A DNA stretch of 42,075 nt from an uncultured Candidatus Saccharibacteria bacterium (lineage in GTDB: Bacteria > Patescibacteriota > Minisyncoccia > Phycocordibacterales > CAIZLB01): the NCBI GenBank assembly GCA_964520195.1, contig CAZFNX010000003.1:1-42075 (forward strand), read 5' to 3'. How positions within the stretch are numbered: position 1 is the stretch's first letter; each line of letters opens with the position of its first letter. A program made the translations under genes and the position numbers. The notes below the pieces were generated by a model. The model was not told the DNA's origin, searched no databases, and saw only the letters and a list, made by a program, of their open reading frames with translations. Shown here in pieces: positions 1 through 7,706 of this stretch.

Positions 1-2027
1 CCAAACATTTCTGATAGTGGAACAAGTGCTTTAATAGCCTTGTTAAGTCCTCTATCTTCCATTCCTTCAATCTGTCCTCGTTTAGCTGAAAGTGATCCTG
101 TTACATCACCCATGAACTTCTCAGGAACAACAACTTCTACTCGCATAATAGGCTCCATGATAACAGGTCGGGCTTTCTTTGCACCCTCTTGGAAAGCTTG
201 AGAAGCAGCAATCTTATAAGCTATTTCTGATGAGTCAACATCGTGGTATGAACCGAATGTTAGTTCACAAGAAACACCTGTCATAGGGAATCCTGCAACA
301 ATACCTCTATCCATAGCTTCTTTTACACCTTTTTGTACAGCTGGAATAAATTCACCTGGAATAACACCTCCTTTGATAGAATCAATAAACTCATATCCAG
401 GCTCTCGGTGTACATTCTTTGGAATCTTTGTTCCCTCTGGCCAATCTTCAAGTGGTTTAAGTGTAATACGAACATGTCCGTATTGACCCTTACCTCCAGA
501 TTGCTTAGCGTATTTGTGTTCTGCTTCTGCAGTTCCTGTAATAGTTTCTCGATATGCTACTTGAGGTTGACCTACGTTTGCTTCAACACCGAACTCTCGT
601 TTCATACGATCAATCATGATTTCAAGATGCAACTCACCCATACCAGCGATAAGAGTTTGTCCTGTCTCAGGGTTTGAAGTAACTCGGAATGTTGGATCTT
701 CGTCTCCAAGTTTTTTAAGAGCAATACCCATTTTCTCTTGATCAGCTTTTGTCTTAGGTTCAATAGATAGAGACACCACAGGCTCAGCAAACTTAATAGT
801 TTCAAGAATGATAGGATGAGCTTCATCACAGAATGTGTGAGATGTAAGAGCTTCTTTCAAACCTACCGCAGCAGCAATCTCTCCAGCAAATACCTTCTTA
901 ACTTCTTCTCGCTTGTTTGCTTGAAGTCGTACGATACGTCCAAGTCGTTCTTTGTTTCCTGTTGTTGAGTTGTAAATATATGAACCTGATTCAATAGTTC
1001 CTGAATACACTCGGAAGAATGTAAGCTGTCCTACGAATGGATCGTTTTGTAGTTTAAATGCAAGCGCAGCAAATGGTTCTGTATCTGATGATTTTCGTTC
1101 CATTTCTTCTCCTGTTTCTGGGTTTATACCTTTGATTGGTGGTACATCAAGAGGTGATGGAAGATACTCAACCACAGCATCAAGAATAAGTTGTACACCC
1201 TTGTTTTTCAAAGCTGTTCCTGTAAATACTGGGAAAAGCTTATTTGACAATGTTCCTTTTCGAATAGCAGCCTTAAGCTCTGGCAGAGGAAAATCTGTCT
1301 CACCATCAAGATATCTATTCATAAGATCTTCATCTTGCTCTACTGCTTTTTCAATAAGCTCAGCTCGTCTTTTTGTAGCCTCATCTAAAAACTCTGCAGG
1401 AATTTCTGATTCAACGATTTTGTTACCCATCTCTCCTTCAAACGTATATGCTTTCATTTTCAAAAGATCAATAACTCCAGCCATCTTATCCTCTTCTCCC
1501 ATAGGGATTTGCATTCGAACAGCGTTTTTTGTAAGTCTGTTGATGATAGATGCAAATGATCTTTCAAATGAACCACCTGTTCGGTCTAGTTTGTTAATAA
1601 AACAAATTCGAGGAACTTGATACTTGTCAGCTTGTCGCCATACAGTTTCAGATTGCGGTTCTACTCCAGCTACTCCATCAAACACAGTCACAGCACCATC
1701 AAGCACCTTAAGAGATCGTTCCACTTCCACAGTAAAGTCCACGTGACCTGGTGTATCGATGATGTTAAATCGGTGCATCATTGACTTGTCAGTTCCCATG
1801 TATGTAGGATTCCAGAAACAAGTGATCGCAGCAGCAGTAATTGTAATACCTCGCTCTTTCTCTTGTTCCATCCAGTCAGTTACAGCTTCTCCGTCGTGCA
1901 CCTCACCAATCTTGTGTGACATACCTGTGTAGTACAAGATACGCTCTGATGTTGTTGTTTTACCAGCATCGATATGGGCGATGATACCAAAGTTACGTGT
2001 TCTCTCTAATGGATAGTCTCGTTGCAT
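1..2027 (-). CDS. fusA: translation elongation factor G (C-terminal end cut by the window edge)
   Basis: Reverse-strand frame is open from the left edge to ATG at 2027. My translation starts [35 protein letters not shown]...[10 protein letters not shown] (GTPase motifs) and continues through EF-G domains II-V. It is missing from the ORF track only because no stop lies inside the window. Confidence 0.95.
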   Translation of the reverse strand, partial: MQRDYPLERTRNFGIIAHIDAGKTTTSERILYYTGMSHKIGEVHDGEAVTDWMEQEKERGITITAAAITCFWNPTYMGTDKSMMHRFNIIDTPGHVDFTVEVERSLKVLDGAVTVFDGVAGVEPQSETVWRQADKYQVPRICFINKLDRTGGSFERSFASIINRLTKNAVRMQIPMGEEDKMAGVIDLLKMKAYTFEGEMGNKIVESEIPAEFLDEATKRRAELIEKAVEQDEDLMNRYLDGETDFPLPELKAAIRKGTLSNKLFPVFTGTALKNKGVQLILDAVVEYLPSPLDVPPIKGINPETGEEMERKSSDTEPFAALAFKLQNDPFVGQLTFFRVYSGTIESGSYIYNSTTGNKERLGRIVRLQANKREEVKKVFAGEIAAAVGLKEALTSHTFCDEAHPIILETIKFAEPVVSLSIEPKTKADQEKMGIALKKLGDEDPTFRVTSNPETGQTLIAGMGELHLEIMIDRMKREFGVEANVGQPQVAYRETITGTAEAEHKYAKQSGGKGQYGHVRITLKPLEDWPEGTKIPKNVHREPGYEFIDSIKGGVIPGEFIPAVQKGVKEAMDRGIVAGFPMTGVSCELTFGSYHDVDSSEIAYKIAASQAFQEGAKKARPVIMEPIMRVEVVVPEKFMGDVTGSLSAKRGQIEGMEDRGLNKAIKALVPLSEMF

Positions 2028-2168
2028 AAAATTCTTATTGTGTTTATTTGTGTTTTATTTTTGTTAAATGTAGTGATCTTCGCGATTGTGCGCCAAAATC
2101 AAACGTTATCTGTCGAGTGTAACATATATTTAAAGGAATTTCCAGTGGTTTTGGTTGATTTTGAGTGT

Positions 2169-2203
2169 AAAAAGCCGCACTCCTTGTAAACAAGTCATGC
2201 GGC
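2169..2203 (-). terminator. intrinsic terminator after the 191-aa orphan gene
   Basis: Minus sense reads GCCGCA-UGA-CUUGU-UU-ACAAG-GAG-UGCGGC followed by UUUUU. Confidence 0.6.
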
Positions 2204-2231
2204 GTAATCAGATGCAAGAGATACTTACTAC

Positions 2232-2807
2232 TCAAAGGTCTTCGACAACGAAAACCTTGTAAACTAAAGACCATGTGTCCTGAGAGGAAGTAAAATCAAA
2301 TTCAGCACCACCATACCATATAAGATGACATAGGAGGCATTGTTCGATCTTAACCTTCTCCAGTGATACAAAATAGTCAGGATGAGGATTTCCTTGAGAT
2401 TTATAAAGCATTGCTTCTAGCGCTGTCCCGATCCGAAACTTCCGTCCAGTTTGAGATGCTAGTTTACCTACTCGAGCTAAAGCCTTATCTATTGAGTAAT
2501 GATCGCCCATACTACAGAACCCTCCCTGAATTGGACCAGTAGGTGGAGAGGTTTTATAGTTGACGTTAGTTAAATTTTCCCTACACTCTTTTGTCATTGG
2601 AAAATTGTTCTTAACATCATCAATGTTAACATTTGAAGGAACAACAATAGAATAAAGAATTGGAACAACCAAGGGTTTGTCTCCCGGAACCTGGGCCAAA
2701 ACATCCTCACCATTGACAAATCTAGTGAAGACATCAATAGAAGGTAAAGTGCCTGCTTTAAAAGCCTTTTCAAGAACTGAGTTGTATTCTGCAAATGAAG
2801 GCATCAT
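2232..2807 (-). CDS. hypothetical protein, 191 aa, no recognisable family
   Basis: Track ORF with no signal peptide or motif I can assign. About 40 percent GC in hand-counted 60-nt samples. Followed by its own hairpin plus U-tract terminator (2169-2203). Confidence 0.5.
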   Translation of the reverse strand: MMPSFAEYNSVLEKAFKAGTLPSIDVFTRFVNGEDVLAQVPGDKPLVVPILYSIVVPSNVNIDDVKNNFPMTKECRENLTNVNYKTSPPTGPIQGGFCSMGDHYSIDKALARVGKLASQTGRKFRIGTALEAMLYKSQGNPHPDYFVSLEKVKIEQCLLCHLIWYGGAEFDFTSSQDTWSLVYKVFVVEDL

Positions 2808-2905
2808 AAGAAGTATTGAGTGAAGGTTAGAACCACGGTGATTCAGGTTGTTTTATACACTTATAATATATATACGTCAATAACTCATATCAAATATTTT
2901 AGATA

Positions 2906-2914
2906 TGCTAAACT
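2906..2914 (+). promoter_or_regulatory. extended -10 promoter element TGcTAAACT, 6 nt before the GH3 ATG
   Basis: TATGCTAAACT-atatat-ATG(2921). Same TATGCTAA core as upstream of rpmB and rpsO. Confidence 0.5.
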
Positions 2915-2920
2915 ATATAT

Positions 2921-4069
2921 ATGAATAAAAATTCTCTTGTGATATATGTATTTCTTTTCATTTTTATATTACTAGGAATAGGTTTTATATACAGAAACAA
3001 TATATCAAAAACCACACCTACCATCTCAACCATCAGCACTTCAACACCAGAAACCCCCAAAGACGAAGCACTAGAAATTCTGAAAACCATGACTACCGAA
3101 GAAAAAATAGGCTCCCTTCTTATCTTTGGATTTAAATCAACCACCACAAATCCACACATCACAGAACTTATCAAAACATATCATGTCGGAGGAGTTAATC
3201 TCTTAAAATGGAATATTACGAATGCGCAACAAACGCAAAAACTTTCTTCAGAGCTACAAGGGTTATACCAAAAAAATAACCACGACCTCCCTTTTATCAT
3301 CGCAGTAGATCAAGAAGGTGGAACAGTTGTACGTTTTCCATTTCTCAAAGAAAAAACTGCTGAACCAAAAGTTCGTACGGTAGAGCAGGCAGAGAGTATT
3401 GCACAAACTCGAGCAGAGGAACTGAAAGCTCTTGGCATCAACATGAACTTTGCGCCTGTGGCAGATTTTATTACGAACACAAAAAGTTATTTGTACGACA
3501 GAACATTTGCTACCACAACTGAAGGAACGATAACTCTTGCAAAAGTTATGGCAGAAATATATCTCAAAAACGGAATCATGCCTGTCTATAAACATTTTCC
3601 AGGATATGGAAATAGTACAATCAATCCACACAAAGCTATCACTACGTTTGATGGGACAAAAGAGATGTTCGAACAAAACATAGAAGTATTCAAATCACTT
3701 CTTGAACATGAATCACATATTCCTGTTATGACAGCACATATAGAGGTACCTTGGATCGCGTCAGGGACACCAGCCACAAAATCAAAAGCTTTTATGACAG
3801 ATATGTTACGTACAGATTTTAATTATCAAGGCGTAGTCATAACTGATGACCTTGATATGGTAAGTGCCGGAAAAGATATAGGTAAAAGTGCGGTTGACTC
3901 AATACGTGCAGGAGCAGATATACTCATAGATACACCAACAGATACCGACCATCTTGTTATCATTAAAGCTCTTGAGCAAGCAGTTAAAGATGGAACCATA
4001 TCACAAGAAAGATTAGACGAGTCGGCATATAGAGTTTTGAAACTAAGACTGAAGATGAGAGAGTTTTAA
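2921..4069 (+). CDS. membrane-anchored glycoside hydrolase family 3 protein (NagZ-like beta-N-acetylhexosaminidase)
   Basis: N-terminal hydrophobic anchor LVIYVFLFIFILLGIGFIY, then GH3 N-domain hallmarks AVDQEGG, KHFPGYG and VITDDLDM. Confidence 0.8.
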   Translation: MNKNSLVIYVFLFIFILLGIGFIYRNNISKTTPTISTISTSTPETPKDEALEILKTMTTEEKIGSLLIFGFKSTTTNPHITELIKTYHVGGVNLLKWNITNAQQTQKLSSELQGLYQKNNHDLPFIIAVDQEGGTVVRFPFLKEKTAEPKVRTVEQAESIAQTRAEELKALGINMNFAPVADFITNTKSYLYDRTFATTTEGTITLAKVMAEIYLKNGIMPVYKHFPGYGNSTINPHKAITTFDGTKEMFEQNIEVFKSLLEHESHIPVMTAHIEVPWIASGTPATKSKAFMTDMLRTDFNYQGVVITDDLDMVSAGKDIGKSAVDSIRAGADILIDTPTDTDHLVIIKALEQAVKDGTISQERLDESAYRVLKLRLKMREF

Positions 4070-4091
4070 AAAATATTTTCTTACGTAATCA

Positions 4092-4352
4092 TTACTTATA
4101 TAAATTTGAATGAGTATCTATGTCTATAAGTATTGCCACACCATCGCTTTCATATGCAAATATAACTCTATAATCTGCAGTTACATTAAAACTATATTTC
4201 CCAGCATAAGACCCACGAAGGCTATGTATGTTTAAAATACTATTATAATGGTCTTCCATAAAAATATTTCTTCTCTCTTTAAACTTTTTCTGTATATTAA
4301 TTGGAAGCTTTTTATACTTTTTTACGAAGTATTTACTGTAAATAATTTCCAT
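4092..4352 (-). CDS. type II toxin, RelE/ParE (YafQ-like) family
   Basis: 86-aa basic protein. C-terminal half HSLRGSYAGKYSFNVTADYRVIFAYESDGVAILIDIDTHSNLY matches the RelE/ParE pattern. Starts 5 nt after the antitoxin-like ORF. Confidence 0.8.
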   Translation of the reverse strand: MEIIYSKYFVKKYKKLPINIQKKFKERRNIFMEDHYNSILNIHSLRGSYAGKYSFNVTADYRVIFAYESDGVAILIDIDTHSNLYK

Positions 4353-4357
4353 AATAA

Positions 4358-4633
4358 CTATTGCGCATCAAGCCACTTATCAGCATCCTTAGCGTTATTA
4401 AACTTTGGTGATCTGTCATTTTTTTTCTCTTTCATCACCTCTCGAATAGCACCCTCAAGATATGGAGTCATCCTAGGTGCCATAGATACACTAAGCTCTT
4501 GTGTTGTAACAAAATTTCTAAGCATTGCAGCAATTACAGATGATAGATTAAAACCCATATCATCTGCAAGCTTTGCTGCTTTTGTCTTCAAATTTTTATC
4601 TATCTTTATGTTCATCATAGTTTTTGTGTTCAT
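4358..4633 (-). CDS. type II antitoxin, RelB/DinJ (ribbon-helix-helix) family
   Basis: MNIKIDKNLKTKAAKLADDMGFNLSSVIAAMLRNFV matches the DinJ N-terminal RHH pattern. The track ORF starts at TTG 4639. I prefer ATG 4633, which lies 6 nt after a TATACT -10 box. ATG 4618/4615 are also possible. Confidence 0.75.
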   Translation of the reverse strand: MNTKTMMNIKIDKNLKTKAAKLADDMGFNLSSVIAAMLRNFVTTQELSVSMAPRMTPYLEGAIREVMKEKKNDRSPKFNNAKDADKWLDAQ

Positions 4634-4635
4634 AT

Positions 4636-4667
4636 CCAAAGTATATACTTTGGATAATATTTGTCAA
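4636..4667 (-). promoter_or_regulatory. toxin-antitoxin promoter with overlapping palindromic operator
   Basis: Minus strand reads TTGACA (4667-4662), 16 nt spacer, TATACT (4645-4640), 6 nt, ATG 4633. A perfect 18-bp palindrome CCAAAGTATATACTTTGG (4636-4653) covers the -10 box and the predicted start site. Confidence 0.55.
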
Positions 4668-4676
4668 CATACAAAC

Positions 4677-4702
4677 AAAAAACTCCATCTCTGGAGTTTT
4701 TT
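4677..4702 (-). terminator. intrinsic terminator after rpsG
   Basis: AAAAAACTCCA-tctc-TGGAGTTTTTT, a perfect stem flanked by A and T tracts, so it looks bidirectional. Confidence 0.7.
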
Positions 4703-4729
4703 GTTTCTCTTAGCTGAAGAATATTTTTT

Positions 4730-4772
4730 CAATTTGACCCCGCAGATGACTTTGCATCGAGGATTCAAATTG
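4730..4772 (-). repeat. conserved 3'-UTR stem-loop element, copy A (after rpsG stop)
   Basis: Transcript sense is CAAUUUGAAUCCUCGAUGCAAAGUCAUCUGCGGGGUCAAAUUG. It is near-identical to 20777-20819 apart from compensatory changes in the apical stem. Confidence 0.7.
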
Positions 4773-4788
4773 AAAAATTATACTGAGG

Positions 4789-5259
4789 CTACCACGCCAT
4801 GTGAGCAAAGGCCTTGTTAGCTTCTGCCATCTTATGAGTGTTCTCTTTCTTCTTCATAGCCTCTCCCTCATTCTTAGTTGCTGCCATGATTTCATCAGCA
4901 AGTTTAAGATGCATAGGCTTTCCTTTTTTAGCTCGAGCTGCACCAATGATCCAGTTCATAGCCAAGAAAGTTCTTCTCTCTGGTCTAATCTCGTAAGGAA
5001 CCTGATAGTTAGCACCTCCTACTCTTCGTGATCTAACCTCAACTTGAGGTGATACATTTTTAATAGCTGTATCAAACACTTCAAGAGGGTTTTCTGTGTT
5101 AGCTCGTTTTTTTAATTCTTCCAATAAATCATATACAACACCTCGTGCAGTAACTTTTTTACCGTCCCACATAGTGTAGTTTATGAATTTACCTAAAGTT
5201 TCTGAATTGTATTTTGGATCAACTCCAGCTACATTTCGATTTTTTACTTTTCTTCGCAT
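4789..5259 (-). CDS. rpsG: 30S ribosomal protein S7
   Basis: 156 aa. MRRKVKNR..., RRVGGANYQVP and the C-terminal ANKAFAHMAW are typical of S7. Lies downstream of rpsL. Confidence 0.97.
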   Translation of the reverse strand: MRRKVKNRNVAGVDPKYNSETLGKFINYTMWDGKKVTARGVVYDLLEELKKRANTENPLEVFDTAIKNVSPQVEVRSRRVGGANYQVPYEIRPERRTFLAMNWIIGAARAKKGKPMHLKLADEIMAATKNEGEAMKKKENTHKMAEANKAFAHMAW

Positions 5260-5404
5260 ATGTTTATAAATGATTAATTTTTATATAAGTACCACCCGTT
5301 GTAGATTTTTGTTCCTGATTTTTCTTTTGAAGAATGTCAGTACTCCGGATTGTGGATTTTTATTGTTTCAAAATCTCGTTCAAAGATTTTTGTTTGATAA
5401 AGTT

Positions 5405-5839
5405 TTATTTTTTAGCTGGAGCTTTTCCACCTACTTTCGGCTTCTTAGTTCCGTACATAGATCGAACTTTTCTTCGCTTCTCAACACCGGCACAGTCGAG
5501 TTTACCTCGAACGATAGTGTATCGGATACCTACGTCTTTTACTCGCCCTCCTCGTAGAAGAACTACTGAGTGCTCTTGTAGATTATGTCCTTCACCACCG
5601 ATATATGCAGTAACTTCATATCCGTTTGTAAGTTTCACTCTGGCAATCTTTCGAACAGCTGAGTTAGGCTTTTTAGGAGTCTTTGTAGTTACTTTTGTAC
5701 ACACACCTCTTTTAAAAGGTGAGTTGTAAAACACAGGTCGGTTTTGAAGTGTGTTAAAACCTCGAGTAAGCGCTACCGCTTTACTCTTTCGTTTTGCCTT
5801 TGAACGATTTCTCTTAACTAATTGATTTAATGTTGGCAT
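5405..5839 (-). CDS. rpsL: 30S ribosomal protein S12
   Basis: [12 protein letters not shown]..., [13 protein letters not shown] and LRGGRVKD are S12 signatures. Confidence 0.97.
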   Translation of the reverse strand: MPTLNQLVKRNRSKAKRKSKAVALTRGFNTLQNRPVFYNSPFKRGVCTKVTTKTPKKPNSAVRKIARVKLTNGYEVTAYIGGEGHNLQEHSVVLLRGGRVKDVGIRYTIVRGKLDCAGVEKRRKVRSMYGTKKPKVGGKAPAKK

Positions 5840-5845
5840 AGCGCA

Positions 5846-5874
5846 AGGATACTATATTTTTAAAGGTTTTGCAA
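5846..5874 (-). promoter_or_regulatory. rpsL promoter (TTGCAA-17-TATCCT), 6 nt before the ATG
   Basis: Minus strand reads TTGCAA (5874-5869), 17 nt spacer, TATCCT (5851-5846), tgcgct, ATG 5839. Confidence 0.5.
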
Positions 5875-5933
5875 GGTTTTACATGACCCATCACCAAACT
5901 CCTTACAAACCCCTCGTCTACTGCCTCAATAAC

Positions 5934-6530
5934 TTAATTGGCCAGCACATAATTTAAAAACCTCATCACAAAAGGAATCATAAACTGCCAAGCAATAAGA
6001 GCCACTATAAAACCTATAAGAATCCCTCTTCGCTCTAACCATGTTTTAAATCCATAATATCGTTGTGGCAAAAGGCCAAAAAGTATTTTTGATCCATCAA
6101 GCGGAGGTACTGGGATAAGATTAAAAATAGCAAGCACTACATTGATAGCTATAGTATTGATAGCTATATCAACAAAACCTACCCCTAAAAATGCCGATGA
6201 TCTTAAAAAGATTATAAAAACTAAGGCAATAATGATATTTATAAGCGGCCCTGCTGCAGCAACAAACAACTCTCCCCATCTCTGATTACGAAAGTTATAC
6301 GGGTTAATAGGCACAGGCTTAGCCCAACCAAACATAACCCCTGTCCCAGACATGACACAGATAAGAGGAACAACTATAGAACCCATCATATCAATATGAG
6401 ATATGGGATTTAGACTTAATCTACCAGCATATTTTGCCGTAGGGTCACCTTGCCAGAGTGCAGCAATACCATGGGCTACTTCATGAGCAATAATAGATAC
6501 TATAAGAACGCAAAATATAATAAAAGACAT
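5934..6530 (-). CDS. site-2 protease family (M50) membrane metalloprotease
   Basis: HEVAHG zinc motif in the first TM helix, NLIPVPPLDGSKIL second motif, and a polytopic hydrophobic profile. Confidence 0.85.
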   Translation of the reverse strand: MSFIIFCVLIVSIIAHEVAHGIAALWQGDPTAKYAGRLSLNPISHIDMMGSIVVPLICVMSGTGVMFGWAKPVPINPYNFRNQRWGELFVAAAGPLINIIIALVFIIFLRSSAFLGVGFVDIAINTIAINVVLAIFNLIPVPPLDGSKILFGLLPQRYYGFKTWLERRGILIGFIVALIAWQFMIPFVMRFLNYVLAN

Positions 6531-6567
6531 ACTATATATAGTATATCAGGCAGGTTTGACACACCTC

Positions 6568-6596
6568 TTGACAAATGATTTCCTGTAGATTATGGT
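6568..6596 (+). promoter_or_regulatory. sigma70-like promoter TTGACA-17-TATGGT upstream of the lysozyme-like gene
   Basis: TTGACA 6568-6573, 17-nt spacer, TATGGT 6591-6596. The leader of about 130 nt contains hairpins CTTCA-ttc-TGAAG (6611-6623) and CCTTGG-aatc-CCAAGG (6629-6644). Confidence 0.45.
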
Positions 6597-6730
6597 AAAT
6601 ATGTCTCGACCTTCATTCTGAAGAATCGCCTTGGAATCCCAAGGATATTACCCTTTTGCACAATCTGGCTCAATGAGCACTATCCGTTGCACAAAAAGGC
6701 AATGTAGACAAAACCTGAACCTTACTTAAC

Positions 6731-7336
6731 ATGAAAGCGAAATACCTCGCATGCATTCTTTTGACTCTGGTTTTGATTACCAGGTGCGTCCAGGCCGAAC
6801 AGGCTGAAATCATCAAGATCACACCCTCTTTCATCAACCAGCTGGCACCCTTGCCAGTTGAAGCTGTCGAAGAACTCAAGAAATATGAAAACTTCGATCT
6901 GGCCACCGGTAAAAAAACAGTGTCCATCAACAAAGATGATGAGGTTGGCTACGGAGTCACCAGCAATGAAGTAGAAGACGCCATCAAGGAAGGCTTTTTG
7001 CCGAAAGATGCAAAGTTGCCAAAAAAGATGACCAAAGCTAAGGCTGATTGGTGGATGACACACGTGACGATTCCAACCTATCGGTCGATTGTTCGTAAAA
7101 CCGTTACCACACAACTCACTTTGCATGAGGAGGCTTCTCTAGTTTTCTTTGCCCAGAATGCTGGGAGAGGCAACCTGCGACGACTGGTTGCTCAAGAGAA
7201 CCGTCTCAATGATGGAAACAAGGCCAGTGTGGTTGCTATTATGCCACTGTATTACAAAAAGAACGAGAAACTATGCTCTAGATGCGAGTTTCAACTTGCC
7301 GTATTTCAGGAAAAGAGTTTTGAACCAAAGGTCTAG
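6731..7336 (+). CDS. secreted lysozyme-like protein (GH24 / phage-type lysozyme-like)
   Basis: Signal peptide MKAKYLACILLTLVLITRCVQA. LKKYENF...EVGYG resembles the catalytic-Glu segment of GH24. LTLHEEASLVFFAQNAGRGNL resembles the L.Q.QxDALxSFxFNxG helix. The gene is much more GC-rich than its surroundings. Confidence 0.5.
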   Translation: MKAKYLACILLTLVLITRCVQAEQAEIIKITPSFINQLAPLPVEAVEELKKYENFDLATGKKTVSINKDDEVGYGVTSNEVEDAIKEGFLPKDAKLPKKMTKAKADWWMTHVTIPTYRSIVRKTVTTQLTLHEEASLVFFAQNAGRGNLRRLVAQENRLNDGNKASVVAIMPLYYKKNEKLCSRCEFQLAVFQEKSFEPKV

Positions 7337-7370
7337 AGTGGGCCTGGAAACTCTAAAAATCTCAGAAACA

Positions 7371-7400
7371 ACCCACCTCCTCCGCGGAGAGTGGGTTTTT
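7371..7400 (+). terminator. intrinsic terminator after the lysozyme-like gene
   Basis: ACCCACCTCC-tccgc-GGAGaGTGGGT followed by TTTTT. GC-rich stem. Confidence 0.7.
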
Positions 7401-7424
7401 ATATATCTTTTATGTATTACAGAT

Positions 7425-7453
7425 TTGCCTAAATCCTCCGTTTATGCTAATAT
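7425..7453 (+). promoter_or_regulatory. rpmB promoter (TTGCCT-17-TGcTAATAT), 7 nt before the ATG
   Basis: TTGCCT 7425-7430, 17-nt spacer ending in TGC, TAATAT 7448-7453, ATG 7461. Confidence 0.55.
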
Positions 7454-7460
7454 CCATGCT

Positions 7461-7703
7461 ATGTCAAAAGTTTGCGCAATCACACAAAAAAGCTCTACAA
7501 ACGGAGGAGGTTACTCTAACCGAACTCGTGCTACACAGTTTAACCCAACAGGAAAAAGACGACGATATGCAAATATTCAAAAGAAACGAATATTTGTTCC
7601 TGAACTAGGTCAAACTGTAACACTTAACGTGTCTACACGAGCAATCAAAACTATTCAAAAGAATGGTGCTTTCGCAACTTTGAAAAAAGCTGGTCTTCTA
7701 TAA
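7461..7703 (+). CDS. rpmB: 50S ribosomal protein L28
   Basis: MSKVCAITQKSSTNGGGYSNRTRATQ...VTLNVSTRAIKTIQKNG matches L28. It is the last 80 codons of track ORF 7149-7703. A promoter-like site ends 7 nt before this ATG. Confidence 0.9.
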   Translation: MSKVCAITQKSSTNGGGYSNRTRATQFNPTGKRRRYANIQKKRIFVPELGQTVTLNVSTRAIKTIQKNGAFATLKKAGLL

Positions 7704-7706
7704 TCA

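Noticed and set aside
333-1620. Track ORFs 333-677 (+), 614-829 (-) and 1132-1620 (+).
   Set aside because: All lie inside the long reverse-strand EF-G reading frame, whose translation is unmistakable. Their products are low-complexity with no motifs, so they are shadow ORFs.
4761-4772. GGATTCAAAT in the conserved element resembles a tRNA T-loop. This raised the idea of a tRNA fragment or an integration att site.
   Set aside because: The motif has no matching T-stem, acceptor arm or anticodon arm on either strand. The element instead folds as one long hairpin, supported by compensatory changes between the two copies.
4248-4820. A 190-aa plus-strand ORF spanning the toxin, the antitoxin, the rpsG terminator and the rpsG stop.
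   Set aside because: It is antisense to two recognisable genes and runs through a terminator and the conserved 3'-UTR element. Its product has no motif.
1-5839. Elevated GC in fusA, rpsG, rpsL and the RRM-protein gene (about 42-50 percent) as a sign of horizontal transfer.
   Set aside because: These are highly conserved, highly expressed core genes. Such genes are commonly more GC-rich than the rest of an AT-rich genome. I flag compositional anomaly only where the gene is also non-core and has atypical expression signals (6540-7402).
6670-7126. Minus-strand ORFs 6670-6933 and 6722-7126.
   Set aside because: They are antisense to the lysozyme-like gene. Long stop-free antisense frames are expected in this unusually GC-rich segment. 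Neither has a motif or a signal sequence.
7149-7460. The N-terminal 104 codons of track ORF 7149-7703, which would make a 184-aa protein.
   Set aside because: This part overlaps the 3' end of the lysozyme-like gene and crosses its terminator (7371-7400). Only the last 80 codons match ribosomal protein L28, and a promoter ends 7 nt before ATG 7461.
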